A stretch of 62,998 nt of DNA, filler included, from Octopus bimaculoides (GCF_001194135.2; 4 parts of 4 records of this genome joined end to end with filler, not necessarily neighbours in it); one strand, 5' to 3'. Numbered from the whole stretch's first letter, positions 14,275 to 28,066 are shown. The notes: generated by a model from the letters alone, not told the origin. Numbers and translations: made by a program.

Positions 14275-14885
14275 TTTTCTACTCTAGGCACAAGGCTTGA
14301 AATTTTGGTGGAGGTAGCCAGTCGATTAGATCTTCCCCAGTACGTAAATGCTAGTGACTTTATCGACGCCGAAATGATGAAAGGCAAAGTGGACCTCAGC
14401 GGAATTTGAACTCAGAACGCAATTACAGGCGCAATACCACTAAGCATTTCTGATTTTAAATCTATACAAAATGAATTTTAAAATTATGTTTGTGGAAGGC
14501 GGTAAGCTGGTAGAATCTCTAGCGCGCCGATCAAATTGCTTAGAGGTATTTCTTTCGGCATTACATTCAAAATCGATCCGAAGACAACATGCTTTTCATG
14601 ATTTCGGGGTTGAATAATAGGGTGAATGCAATTCACTCATCGATATATATATTATCTAAGGTGGCGAGCTGGCAGAATCCTTACCAGACCGGCCGAAATG
14701 CTTAGCGGTATTTGGTCCCGTCTCCATGTTCTCAGTTCAAGATTGCACCGAGGTTGACTCTGCCTCTCAAACATTCGGGATTCATAACATAAGTACTATG
14801 TGATGACTGGGGTTGAGATAATCCTCTTATTCACCCCACTCCCCCAACCCCTCAAAAAGTAATGGCGTTGTACCAAATTTTCAAA
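14275..14885. mobile_element. three SINE family D copies (- 14275-14450; + 14497-14640; + 14660-14885)
   Basis: Head AAGGCGG(C/T)(G/A)AGCTGG(C/T)AGAATC and GTCGACTTTGCCTTTCATC-like core recognisable in each copy. Confidence 0.75.
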
Positions 14886-15708
14886 TATATATAAATCAAA
14901 AGGCACAAGAACAAGCGTGAATAAAGTGACTATATATATATAAACCAATGGATGGTCGCGGAATATTCTTCAAAATTGAAAATATGTCTAATTTATTTTC
15001 AAATATTGGGAAGTTATATTTGCCGTATAGATATTTAACTTTACAAGTTGGGGACTCATTTATTGATATTCAGTTCTGTCTACAATGAAATAAGACGTCT
15101 CAGAATCACTTTCGATTTCTATCTTCTTTTGCTTACGGTAAAAAATTTGTTGTTTTCATGTTCTTACTATGAAATAAAGTAATGTGTTGAAACTTAGGTA
15201 ACATTGGGGCTTAGGGACATAGAAATAGAATGCAAAAGACTGAAACAAACAAAAATGATAATTTTAGATAGCGGTTACTTGAAAGGAAAAACAATGTTGT
15301 TATGAATAACAAATTGAACTTTGAAAATTACCTAGTCAATAGCGAAAAGTAGTTTCCACTAAACGGCTTATAGTTTCTAAAGTTGAAGAAATAGATCGGT
15401 AAAACAAGAACCATAAACTAAAACAAACTATATAAAAGTAAATTGAACAGAAAATATCGAAGATTAGAAAAGTAACGAAATACAAATAGATGATGGTAGA
15501 ACATACAAAACTCTACTCAAGATACCAATAACGACACACATCACGACCACTCGCATATATCAACAGGCATATAAAGGCACACGTGTATAACACATACATA
15601 CAGATGTATGAATGTGTGTATGCATGTATGTATAATATATGTGTGCGTGATAGACAGATAGATAGATACATATATACATGCAAATATACATCCAAACAAA
15701 TGCATATA

Positions 15709-15754
<46 letters not shown>

Positions 15755-17489
15755 AACAGAGAGAGACAGAAAGAGAGAGAGAGAGAGACAGAGAGATACA
15801 CAGACACATAAATAAATAGAGAGATATATAGATAGATATGCATGTATATAAAAACATGTATGTGTGTGTATACATATACACAGGTATGCACATACATATA
15901 TATATGTATGCATTTATTCAAAAATGGTGAAGAGGAAATGGATTTCGTAGATATACTGTTGCAGTTTCGAAATGGCTTGTTCAACACATATAATTGCAGT
16001 CTATTTACAGCTATAAATTTCTTCAAGAAAAAAATTACTTTGTAATGCGTTGATAGCGAAATTATGGTGTAGCAGGTTAAAAATTGACTGTGTTTACACA
16101 GCTATACGTTCTATATTCAGATAGACAACAAATTCATTGGCATATACTTTTCTTTGCATTCTGCGTATTTTACTTTCTACTTTTCATCTTTTGTTTTTTT
16201 CCCATTATTATTTATTTTTTTGGTCTTGGGAAACTGCCAAGGTATTTATTTATTCATAACAAACTGTCTTTATACAGTAATAATTTTCGCTCTTTTATTC
16301 TTTTCTCTTCATTTGTATTTTACTAGTTCTCTTCTGCCCAATAATANNNNNNNNNNNNNNNNNNNNNNNNNNNNNNNNNNNNNNNNNNNNNNNNNNNNNN
16401 NNNNNNNNNNNNNNNNNNNNNNNNNNNNNNNNNNNNNNNNNNNNNNNNNNNNNNNNNNNNNNNNNNNNNNNNNNNNNNNNNNNNNNNNNNNNNNNNNNNN
16501 NNNNNNNNNNNNNNNNNNNNNNNNNNNNNNNNNNNNNNNNNNNNNNNNNNNNNNNNNNNNNNNNNNNNNNNNNNNNNNNNNNNNNNNNNNNNNNNNNNNN
16601 NNNNNNNNNNNNNNNNNNNNNNNNNNNNNNNNNNNNNNNNNNNNNNNNNNNNNNNNNNNNNNNNNNNNNNNNNNNNNNNNNNNNNNNNNNNNNNNNNNNN
16701 NNNNNNNNNNNNNNNNNNNNNNNNNNNNNNNNNNNNNNNNNNNNNNNNNNNNNNNNNNNNNNNNNNNNNNNNNNNNNNNNNNNNNNNNNNNNNNNNNNNN
16801 NNNNNNNNNNNNNNNNNNNNNNNNNNNNNNNNNNNNNNNNNNNNNNNNNNNNNNNNNNNNNNNNNNNNNNNNNNNNNNNNNNNNNNNNNNNNNNNNNNNN
16901 NNNNNNNNNNNNNNNNNNNNNNNNNNNNNNNNNNNNNNNNNNNNNNNNNNNNNNNNNNNNNNNNNNNNNNNNNNNNNNNNNNNNNNNNNNNNNNNNNNNN
17001 NNNNNNNNNNNNNNNNNNNNNNNNNNNNNNNNNNNNNNNNNNNNNNNNNNNNNNNNNNNNNNNNNNNNNNNNNNNNNNNNNNNNNNNNNNNNNNNNNNNN
17101 NNNNNNNNNNNNNNNNNNNNNNNNNNNNNNNNNNNNNNNNNNNNNNNNNNNNNNNNNNNNNNNNNNNNNNNNNNNNNNNNNNNNNNNNNNNNNNNNNNNN
17201 NNNNNNNNNNNNNNNNNNNNNNNNNNNNNNNNNNNNNNNNNNNNNNNNNNNNNNNNNNNNNATATATAATTATTTCAAATTAAAAGGGTAAAGGATTATC
17301 AATTTATTAATTAATAAATCAATTAACAATTAATAATTTTTACCAAGCCCATCGGTATGAAAGCTCCATTATTGGTGGAGAAAGCTCACGAAGCATCTAG
17401 TAGATGGACTATGGAAGATGCACTAATACTATTATACGAATTAGAAATAAACAGAATCACATCAGCTTAAATGTCTTTTAAACATTGGT

Positions 17490-17910
17490 ATCAAATTTTG
17501 GTACAAGCTCAGCAAATAGGTTATATCGACGTTAGTGATCAACCGTCATTCATTATATTGACGCCGAAGTATGAATTGCCAATTTGACATCGACGGCTAA
17601 TTAACACATAACATAAATGCTGAGAAACACCGCTAAGCATATTTTTCCGCTGCGGTAACGGTCCTGCCAACTCGCTGCCTTAGATATATGATGAATATTC
17701 TTTTCTACACTAGGCGCAACGCCCGAAATTTTGGGAGAGGGAGAGACCAGTCGAATCGATCGAAACCAGTACGAAACTGGTACTTAATTTATCGGCCCCT
17801 AAAGGAGGAAAGGCAATGTTGACCTCGGTGGAATTTGAACGTAAAGACAGACGATGTACCGCTGAGCGTTTCGCCCGGCGTGCTAACATTTCTACCAGCT
17901 CGCCACATTA
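17490..17910 (-). mobile_element. two tandem SINE family D copies
   Basis: Reverse heads CTGCCAACTCGCTGCCTTA (about 17665) and CTACCAGCTCGCC (about 17892); core GGTACTTAATTTATCGGCCCCTAAAGGAGGAAAGGCAATGTTGACCTCGG. Confidence 0.75.
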
Positions 17911-18686
17911 AAGACATTATAAATATAATATATTAAATCTAGTTATACTATTGTTGACATCGTTAATTACACAATCGTTCGCAATCTAATACTACATCTG
18001 CCCGCAGGCAGTTCAATCAGGGTAAAACGCTGAGCAAGATGAGAAACTCTGGGAGCGATGTTGATCTAAATTTATCATGCATTCTATATACACATATTGA
18101 AATAATCATAAATATACGTTACATAAAAGAATAATTTTGAAGTCGATTAATATGTGTTCAGTAATAGTATATATAAACTAAATACAAACACATAGAATCA
18201 TACAAATAATTCACGTCTATAAAATGATCTCCGGTAGAATATTATATTCATATTTTCCACATTCATCATGAACAAATGAATAAGAGAATAAGTAGCATGG
18301 AATTAATAAATGTATTTAGAAAAAGAGAATAAATATTGTGGGCTGCAGATAATGAGAAATGTAAGACAAATGCGAGGGCAATGTACAGTAATACAAAAGG
18401 TAAAAGAGATATACAAAGAAAGAAAAATTCAAATGTATAACTGGAAAATATTAAAGTTTATTCAAAAATCAATAATTCAAATATAACCAAATTGTATTAT
18501 CCTCTAGTGATAAATAATTAGATAAGATTGATGAAGTCATATAGTTACTTGCTTTTTAAAACGCAATTCATCATAAATTTTAAATAAACAAAACTGACAC
18601 ATCGAAGGAAAATATTAGCAGTGGTCAATTGTTCAAACACAATGAATCAATTCTTATATATTATATAAAACATACGTTTGTGTGTG

Positions 18687-18720
<34 letters not shown>

Positions 18721-19599
18721 TGTATACATATATGCATATTTAATATCATCTGGGCATTATCCTTATAACGTGTATTTCAAAGTTCCTGTACGTTTGTCGG
18801 ATATCATATGGTATAACACAGCAGGAGTACTCCTTCCATTAGATATACATTATAAATGTAGAAATCCGTATGTGTACGCAGAATTCATATAACAAAAATA
18901 TATCACCGAATGCGTGTACGCATACAGATACACACACGCACTACCCACACACACACAAATATGTATATGATGGATATTCGTTACTTACCCGCACATTTCC
19001 TTGATTCAATATGCTTTACAGAGTTACAGATATGTTTATTGAATACAGAGAGTATGTTGGTCAATAAAGTGTGATTTGATTGGACGAACTAATCCAAAAA
19101 GCGACCTAATTTGAGCCTGTCGCTGGCGTTTCCTTTCTAGTAAAAGACGCACAATATTCTTAGATTAAAAATATTTCAATTGAAAAATACTTGAATATTC
19201 TTAGATTAAAATTAAGTTGACATGTTTCCAAGTCAACCGAGTACATGTTAACTAATCGTTAACATGACTAAGAGAAACGTAGAAGGCATCAATAAATAAT
19301 TATGAATATTTATTTAAAACATGCTGCAGTGTTGCCAGTACACCTCCTTTTTGTATATGCCGCATGCCGTATATGACTAATATTGGTATGAGTTTGGAGA
19401 TGTAGTGTAGATTTTATGTTTAAATAATCGCCGTTAATTTTATAACGGAATGATAAATAGCAATATTGTTAATCGATTAATTAATTAACTTGTCGATGTT
19501 CCTGTACTTTAGAATGCTAGCCGATCACACGCTGGAATTCACTGAGCTAAGAACTGAGAACCACATTCGACATAAGCAGAACCAATTGATATATACCTG

Positions 19600-19657
<58 letters not shown>

Positions 19658-19959
19658 AGTGTGTGTTTGTTCTCAGTAACGCATGACAATCTTTGATTAT
19701 TTGTTTACGTCTCCGTACCGTGGTTGTTCAGCAGTAAATGGCTGATAGAATAAGTATCACGCTTTAACGAAACAACTTACTGCAATCTAATGACCTTGGA
19801 CACCCCAATTGTAAGCTGTCAGCTACGCCTGGATGGTCCCTCATCTGAAAACTACAGGCAATCAATCACATACATGACGCGTATATACATACATACACAT
19901 ATATATATATATATACATATCGTTTCCACACGTGATGGTATTTTAATAATACCATACCT

Positions 19960-19996
<37 letters not shown>

Positions 19997-21714
19997 AGTT
20001 TAGCATTTTTCATCGCACTCACATATAGGCTCATTAATTTCTTCTAAATGCTAATATACGATAACTAGTCTCTATGTTGTGAAGTGACATTTACAGATAT
20101 TACGATTCCTACCAACTGAAATAGATTAAAATCTATTCTCCTTTATAATTAAATGTACGAAGTTTTAAAAAACATATCTGCTACTTTCAACAGATTTTTG
20201 CAATATATTGTTTGGTTGTTTTTACATATTATTGGAAATCAATGAACACAAGGCTATTGAATGTATTCAATGTAGATCCTTTTGAAGATATCTGTTAGTC
20301 ACGTGTCAGACATACACCCAAACGTCCATTCACACAATTACTCACATACATGCATACCCACACATACCCATACAAACACGCATATATACTTACATGTATG
20401 TATGTATGTATGTATGTATGTATACGCCATTCAAATATAGCAATTCAGAATGTAGAACAACATAGACGTAATTTAACAATATTTTCTTAATCAATAGAAT
20501 CACAGTAATTCACAATGATTATCGTTCGTGTTTAGTCAGAAAAAAAATTATTTTTGAGATAACATGAGAATACATGATACAAAAGTATTGATTGAGGAAG
20601 AAATAGTTCACCATTCGTTTTAACATACCAGAACTACGTAAAAAATGCATTAAGTATTGCTTTTTCTAATTATTCTAAAATATATATATTGTAAGTTGCA
20701 TATCGTCATTACACCTTTTGTAAGACAACGAGCATTGAGGCATGGTGATGCTGTTTCAGTTGGACGTTCAGTAAGAACTATCTTTTACGAGTGCGAAAAT
20801 ATTATAGAAATTTTCCAGTGGATGCTGCAATGTAACCAGACCTATGATGACACTAAATACTTGAAATATTTAACTGAATCATCATAAAATTAACTATCAT
20901 TCCGATGCAATGTTGAAATCAGCTTCAAAGTTTTATGACCTGAACCGTCAGAGACCCAACATGTCATGGGTAGCCTAGCGGATAGTTATATATAAGCGTG
21001 GGGGTGGGGAGAGGAATGAGTACACGTTCTCAGAAAAGTAAACGGCTTTCTTATAAAAAGAGAAATCTGTTATTTTATGATTCTATCCGGTTTTTAATGG
21101 TATTCTAAAAGTACCTTTTATTGTGTATAATTAGAAATGTTACCGTCTGAACGCATTTATCAAGCATGTAAACTTATTAAAGGAGTATGAGAGCCTTGGA
21201 AATAACATAAGTAACATATCTATTTAAATTTAATTGCACATCTACTTTGCCACACGGTTTAAGTGTCTTAAAGAACACAGTCTTCATACGCTGGAGAATA
21301 GCAAAAACTGTTTCCGGTCAGCAAGCAAGACATTTTTTTAACGTAACATGCAATAAAATTTTATGTAGTTAAATACAAAAAAAAAAAAGAAACGTAAAAA
21401 TTCTCTGCGAAAACTTTTCATTAATATATGATTTTGTCACTCTCTTTCTCTCCCTATCTCTCACCTATTCACTCCCACCCTCTCTCTCTCTCNNNNNNNN
21501 NNNNNNNNNNNNNNNNNNNNNNNNNNNNNNNNNNNNTTAATTAATTAANNNNNNNNNNNNNNNNNNNNNNNNNNNNNNNNNNNNNNNNNNNNCTTGGCAC
21601 CAGTGACATCGCAACTCATTTCTACAGCTGAGTAAACTGGAGTAACGTGAAATAAAGTGTCTTGCTCAAGAACACAATACGCATTCCGGTCCGAGATTTG
21701 AACTCCCTAGAATA

Positions 21715-22260
21715 TACCCTTCATTTTCTACAATGCTCTTCCATCTATCTGATAGACTGACAAGGCCTCACCCCATCCAAAATTCGCTTGTCTTGACGAA
21801 AAATACTCTTCCAGTACTGTTCTGACCTCGTCTACAGAATTCATATTTTTCCTGTCCAAATGATTTTGAAGACTGCAGAATAAACGATAATCAGATGGGG
21901 CAATGTCCGGCGAAAATGATGGGTGAGGCATCACTTCCCATTCAAACTGCTTTAGCGTTTGGAATGTCATCCTCTCTGTATGTGGCCGAGCATTATCCTG
22001 ATGGAAAGACAGCTTTCGTCTTGAAACCAAAGATGGTTTCTTCTTGCGTTGACTTAAACTTCTCAAACTGCTCACAGTAGATCTCCTTTGTTATCGTTTG
22101 GTTTATGTCTAATAGTTCAAAGTGGACTAAACCTTTCATATCCCAGACAGAAATGCACACATCCTCCTCTTGTTCTTTCTTACTATTCCTCTCAGATCTT
22201 GGTTTGTAAACACTGTTTAATTCTATATTGGTACTGAATAAAATGGATGGTCCATAGAAA
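21715..22260 (-). mobile_element. degenerate mariner (DD34D) transposase, C-terminal half
   Basis: Translation HQDNARPH...WEVMPHPSFSPDIAPSDYRLF...LQNHL matches mariner motifs HDNARPH and YSPDLAPSDY; frameshifted flanks give WDMKGLVHFELL-like and DRWKSIVENEG pieces. Confidence 0.92.
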
Positions 22261-22323
22261 CTCCATGCGCTTTAAAAAGTGTTTACAAACTGAGATAAGC
22301 ATAGAGAGGAAGAAAAAATATCA

Positions 22324-22335
22324 CGTAGTAGTAGC

Positions 22336-22394
<59 letters not shown>

Positions 22395-22470
22395 CGACGG
22401 CGGCGGTGGTGCTGGTGGTGCTGGTGGTGCTGGTGGTGCTGGTGCTGGTGGTGATGGTGGTGGAGGTGGC
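22324..22470. repeat. (GTA)n/(GGT,GCT)n trinucleotide repeat
   Basis: Directly visible; produces the poly-V ORF 22247-22522. Confidence 0.95.
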
Positions 22471-22679
22471 AGAAGATAAAGGTCGAGAGAAACCGTGTAC
22501 TACAGTTTTTATTTTATCTTAGTCATCATTGCCAAGGCCATACTGGAGCAGACCTTTAAAAGAAATAGGAACGAGAACAAGAACGAGTAACAAGAACAAG
22601 AAGAACAGCAAAGAGAGAGAGGAGGGTGAGAGAGGGAGAGGGAGTGAGACACATAACACCAGCAGCACCAGTAGCAGTT

Positions 22680-22930
22680 GTACCGTCAACACTAAATGTT
22701 TGCTAAAGAAACAGTTTATATGTACATGTATTTACAATCTTGCCTGTCTTTTGTGTGTTCCGTCACATCTGAAACATCGCCGTAAATTCCAATACTAAGT
22801 AACCATCCTGCTGATTGGCCGGCCATTTTGCCCATCACCCTGTCATTCCGTTATCCCGCCATTTCGTCATCGCGTCGTTTCGTCACCCCGTCACCCTGTC
22901 ACTTGTTCAACCCGTCACCACGTCCTTGCT
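22680..22930. promoter_or_regulatory. CpG-rich patch with ATTGG (reverse CCAAT) and six CGTCA motifs
   Basis: ATTGG at 22814-22818; CGTCA at 22684, 22761, 22865, 22881, 22889 and 22913. Regulatory function is inferred only. Confidence 0.3.
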
Positions 22931-22971
22931 TTGCTAAATCCATCTGTACGGCTTTTCAGTCTAGCTTTTCT

Positions 22972-23034
<63 letters not shown>

Positions 23035-23404
23035 NNNNNNNNNNNNNNNNNNNNNNNNNNNNNNNNNNNNNNNNNNNNNNNNNNNNNNNNNNNNNNNNNN
23101 NNNNNNNNNNNNNNNNNNNNNNNNNNNNNNNNNNNNNNNNNNNNNNNNNNNNNNNNNNNNNNNNNNNNNNNNNNNNNNNNNNNNNNNNNNNNNNNNNNNN
23201 NNNNNNNNNNNNNNNNNNNNNNNNNNNNNNNNNNNNNNNNNNNNNNNNNNNNNNNNNNNNNNNNNNNNNNNNNNNNNNNNNNNNNNNNNNNNNNNNNNNN
23301 NNNNNNNNNNNNNNNNNNNNNNNNNNNNNNNNNNNNNNNNNNNNNNNNNNNNNNNNNNNNNNNNNNNNNNNNNNNNNNNNNNNNNNNNNNNNNNNNNNNN
23401 NNNT

Positions 23405-23962
23405 ATATTCTTTTATTCTTTTATTCTTTTACTTCTTTCAATCATCTGACTGCAGCCATGCTGGAGCACCACCTTTAGTCGAACAAGTATGATCCTAGGA
23501 CTCATTCTTTGTAAGCTAGTACTTATTCTATCAATTTTTTTTTTGCCGAACTACCAAATTTTGTGGACGTAAACACACCAGCATCGGTTTTCAAACGATG
23601 GTGGGGAGACAAACACAGACACACAAACATATACACACATACTTATATGTGTGAGTGTGTGCGTGCTTGTGTGTACAAACATGTGTGTGTGTATATATAT
23701 ACATATACACACATACAGGTGCGAGTGCTCCGTCGGTTACGATGACGAAATGATACGATCAACGGAAAAGCATGCTCGTGAAATTAACATTCAAGTGGCT
23801 GAGCACTCCTCAGACACGTGTATCCTTACGTAGTTCTCTGGGAGATTCAACGTGATATAGAGTATGACAAGACTGGCGCTTTGAAATACAATATGTCGCC
23901 GAGAATTGAACACATGACCTTACAGTCGTGAGCGGAATGCCCTAACCACTAAGCCACGCGTC
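23405..23962 (-). mobile_element. SINE family A 3' half (23405-23620) and SINE family B (23722-23962)
   Basis: GACTGCAGCCATGCTGGAGCACC/GGACGTAAACACACCAGCATCGG block; GTTACGATGACG...CTAACCACTAAGCCACGCG block. Confidence 0.75.
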
Positions 23963-25596
23963 TTATATATATTTAGAATAATAAGGTATTCAGAATGCTG
24001 GATGTTTATATATATTTTTGTTTTATTTACATCTTATTTATATTTTAACGCTTTTTTCCGTTATCGGATTTATTAAAAATGGTTTAAATTTAGATTTCTT
24101 GGCCGTTTTATATGTATAAAAAATTTTCTGGGATTTGCCAAGCAAGGGAGAAGAAAGAAAATTTTGTGTGTGTGTGAAGAGCAAGAGGTAAAGTGGCGTG
24201 TAGCTTTTGTATGGTCAAACTTGTTTAGTATTTAGTGGCCTTTTAAGGTGGGGAAGGAAAAAGAAGAGAAAGGGAAAGGAATTTTTGTATTTGAATTGGT
24301 CAGGGTTTTATTTGGAAAACCAGATGTTTTTCAGTAAAAATTATAATTGCATTTCCAGGTCTCTCTCTTTTGTGTTCATTAAAGAATAGTAGTGTGGATG
24401 TGGTCAACTATTTTTAATGAAATTCTTTATGTTTTCGAAAGAGTGGTTTTTTAGTTCANNNNNNNNNNNNNNNNNNNNNNNNNNNNNNNNNNNNNNNNNN
24501 NNNNNNNNNNNNNNNNNNNNNNNNNNNNNNNNNNNNNNNNNNNNNNNNNNNNNNNNNNNNNNNNNNNNNNNNNNNNNNNNNNNNNNNNNNNNNNNNNNNN
24601 NNNNNNNNNNNNNNNNNNNNNNNNNNNNNNNNNNNNNNNNNNNNNNNNNNNNNNNNNNNNNNNNNNNNNNNNNNNNNNNNNNNNNNNNNNNNNNNNNNNN
24701 NNNNNNNNNNNNNNNNNNNNNNNNNNNNNNNNNNNNNNNNNNNNNNNNNNNNNNNNNNNNNNNNNNNNNNNNNNNNNNNNNNNNNNNNNNNNNNNNNNNN
24801 NNNNNNNNNNNNNNNNNNNNNNNNNNNNNNNNNNNNNNNNNNNNNNNNNNNNNNNNNNNNNNNNNNNNNNNATATATATATATTTATATATTCTTTTATT
24901 CTTTTTTTTTCTTTATTCTTTCATTTATTTATTCTTTCATTTATTTATTTAAAATTTATCTGAATTTCCATGCGGTCGATATTAAAGATTGTATCTCGAA
25001 ATTAGCGCTCGTCAATCCTGTTTAAAAGATGAAGTTTAATATCCAGTCTAATACTTCAACTGTTCCTTTTCGCACTAACAGCCCTCATTTCTAGTTAATG
25101 GCTTCTTTCCAGACATCTTGAATTTTAGGAAACCGCTAAATGCCGTATCGCAGAAATTTCCTGTACGCTTTTATATATTTTTCATTCTGTCTATCCTTGA
25201 AAAAAGTATATATATATATATCTGAATGCGCGCGCGCGTGTGTGTGTGTGTATTGGTCTTCATCTAGAGTCCTAGGTAAGGGAATTTGACACAAGGAAAC
25301 TATGTGGAAGCCTGTCGAATGTGTGTGTATGTGTGAGTGTGTGCGCATGCGTATGTGTGTGTCTTTGTGCTTGTATTTGTCATCCCCGTCCACTGCTTGA
25401 TATCTGGCTTTGGGTTACGTCCCAGCAACGTAGAGGTTCGGCAAGAGATACCCGCAGTCCAATGATTGAAACAAGTAAAAGATTGAAGATTGAGGAAATT
25501 AAATTAATTGTTCATTCAGAGAGGTTCATTCCTTGGTTTCGCGAAATACTCCTTTTTATCATTTTATAAAGTAAGAAAAAATAAATGATAAATACC

Positions 25597-26048
25597 TCCT
25601 TCGTTCATAAATGACCATGGGATTGCACCTAGAAAGTTACCCTCCGAGGCACAAGTCCAGGCAAGGTTGTTTATGGAAGACCACCAATTGCCCATGCATA
25701 CCAACCTCCCCACTCAACGTTACGTATAAGTACATAGAGTAAAACCTCTATTCGGTCATGAATGACCATGGGATTGCACCTAAGACCAGCAGCCATCCAT
25801 GCATACCAGTCTTCCCTCTCCACACCACTGATGTTATCCAAGGGAAAAGCAAAGGGGCCGATACAGCTCGGTACCAGTGATGTCGCAACTCATTTCTCTA
25901 CAGCTGACTGAACTGGAGCAACATGAAAGCAGTAAGTGGAGCAACAAGTGTCTTGCTTAAGAATACAGCACGCAGTCCGGTCAGGGAATCGAACTCACAA
26001 CTCCAACATTGTAAGCCCGATGCTGTAACCACTGAGTCATGCGCCTTC
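25597..26048 (-). mobile_element. tRNA-headed SINE family E with duplicated tail segment
   Basis: Head GGGAATCGAACTC...AACCACTGAGTCATGCGCC; ATGACCATGGGATTGCACCTA present twice (about 25611 and 25762); related fragment at 21593-21705. Confidence 0.65.
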
Positions 26049-26089
26049 ACTATATTGAGAAAGATAGACAGACAGGCACACACACAGAG

Positions 26090-26187
<98 letters not shown>

Positions 26188-26689
26188 GCACACACACGCA
26201 TACACACCACACACACACAAACAGACCGTCAGACACATACATGCATACATACCTACTCACAATCATCCATACATAAAGCAATGTGGTTACGTGAGTGTGT
26301 GTATGCGTGTGCGCGCTTGTGTATCTTTTGATTCAGCCAAAAAGTAAAGAGGTTGGATAATGTCCGGTCTTTTTTTTTTCTTCTGTTTTTCTTTTTTTTC
26401 TTTTTTCATGGATGTTAAAACGTCAGCTCAGTGACGCAGAAGGCTGTTTCGGCAAAGAATAGAGATTAATCCTATAATAGACGAATGCGGTACGTTGGAA
26501 TAGGCAAGAGGTGGGGTAGTTTTTGTTTGGTGGTGGGAGAAGATGGGTATTAAATGAAAAGGTAGTTGAAACACCTGAAAATATACATGCGTACACACAC
26601 ACTCACACACTTACACTCCCACGTTCCCACACTCACACACACATATGTATATACATACATATAAATAGATAAATATATATATATTCTTT

Positions 26690-26919
26690 TCTTTTTTTCT
26701 TTTATTTGTTTCAGTCATTTTGACTGCGGCCATGCTGGGGCACCGCTTTTAGTCGAGCAAATCGATCCCAGGACTTATTCCTTGTAAGCCGAGTACTTAT
26801 TCTATCGGTCTTTAGCCGAACCGCTAGGTTATGGGGACGCAAACGCACCAACATCGGTTGTCAAGCGATGTTGGGGGTGGACAACCACACACACAAACAT
26901 ATACACATACATACATACA

Positions 26920-26952
<33 letters not shown>

Positions 26953-27140
26953 GCATGCATACATACATACATATACGACGGGCTTCTTTCAGTTTCCGTT
27001 TACCAAATCCACTCGCAAGGCTTCGGTCGGCCCGAGGCTATAGTAGAAGACACTTGCCCAAGGTACCACACAGTGGGAATGAACCCGGAACCATGTGGTG
27101 AGAAGCAAGCTACTTACCACACAGCCACTCCTGCGCCTAT
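26690..27140 (-). mobile_element. full-length SINE family A
   Basis: All blocks from head (CCACACAGCCACTCCTGCGCC) to tail present, CpGs largely intact. Confidence 0.9.
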
Positions 27141-27157
27141 ACGTGTGTATACATAAT

Positions 27158-27525
27158 TATATGTGGCTGTGTGGTAAAAAGCTTGCTTCTGAAACACATG
27201 ATTCCGGGTTCAGTTCCACTCTTTTGCGCTTTGGGCAAGTGTCTTCTACTATAGCCCTGGGCCGACCAAATCTTTGTCACATATATGTATATATATATAG
27301 GGGTGTATGTATGTATATATCTATGTGTGTGTGTCCTCCATCACCGTTTGACAAGTGGTGTTGGTATGTTTACGTCCCTGCAAATTAGCGGTTCGGCAAA
27401 TGAACCGATAGAATAAGTACTAGCCTTACAATAAGTCCTGAGGTCGATTTTTTCCAACCCCAGGCGAACAAATCGGCTCCAGTGCTCCGACATGGCCACA
27501 GTCAAATGACTGAAAAAAGTTAAAG
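27158..27525 (+). mobile_element. SINE family A, head-to-head with the previous copy
   Basis: TGGCTGTGTGGTAAAAAGC head, TTGGGCAAGTGTCTTCTACTATAGCC core, CATGGCCACAGTCAAATGACTGAAA tail. Confidence 0.85.
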
Positions 27526-27549
27526 AATATGTAATACATACATGCATAT

Positions 27550-27845
27550 ATGTGGCCTAGTCGTTAGGGCGTTGCACCGACGACCGTCAGATCGTTGTAT
27601 CGATTCCTGGACTGGGTAGTGAATTGTGTTTTTGAGCAAAACTCTTTATTTTACGTTGCTCTGCGACCACTTCAACATCTGACATCTCGTACATCATGCA
27701 CCTGTTCATGTGACATCAATTTTATAGAGTGAATGGGGTAATGAACAGCACAAACATATGATCTCTATAAACAAATCATTCGTACAAGCTGTTCAGCAAA
27801 AAGTTGCAGAAACCTCGTTTGTCGTTTACGACAGGAAATTCTCTA
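27550..27845 (+). mobile_element. SINE family C
   Basis: TGGCCTAGTCGTTAGGG A box, TCGATTCC B box, collinear with 10203-10500. Confidence 0.8.
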
Positions 27846-27858
27846 CCACATATATATA

Positions 27859-28066
27859 CAGTAATCCCTCGACTATCACGGGTATTACGTTCCAAAAAAC
27901 CCTGCGATAGGTGAAAATCCACGAAGTAGAAACATTACTGTACTGTATATCTTTTTCTATTATTTTTATAATTTGTATATATCTATTTTATTGTAAATGC
28001 AAAACAACACCACAGAGGAATCGGCATAAGCTTCAATGATAAACCGCGATATGGCGAGGAAATGTT
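27859..28066. mobile_element. Tigger/pogo-type MITE
   Basis: TA followed by CAGTAATCCCTCGACTATCACGG left end; degenerate inverted right end CCGCGATATGGCGAGG. Confidence 0.6.

Noticed and set aside
20720-20845. - strand GLVTLQHPL peptide resembling a cadherin-repeat strand
   Set aside because: In-frame stop after 24 codons and no other cadherin motifs.
21493-21592. Palindromic TTAATTAATTAA inside N runs, recurring at 28595-28606 and 58383-58394
   Set aside because: Each is exactly 44 N + 12 nt + 44 N = 100 nt with stops in all six frames: an artificial scaffold linker, not biology.
25113-25161. + strand candidate upstream exon DILNFRKPLNAVSQKFP, phase-compatible with exon A
   Set aside because: Weak donor (GTACGC), separated from exon A by a scaffold join, and outside the CpG-decay domain.
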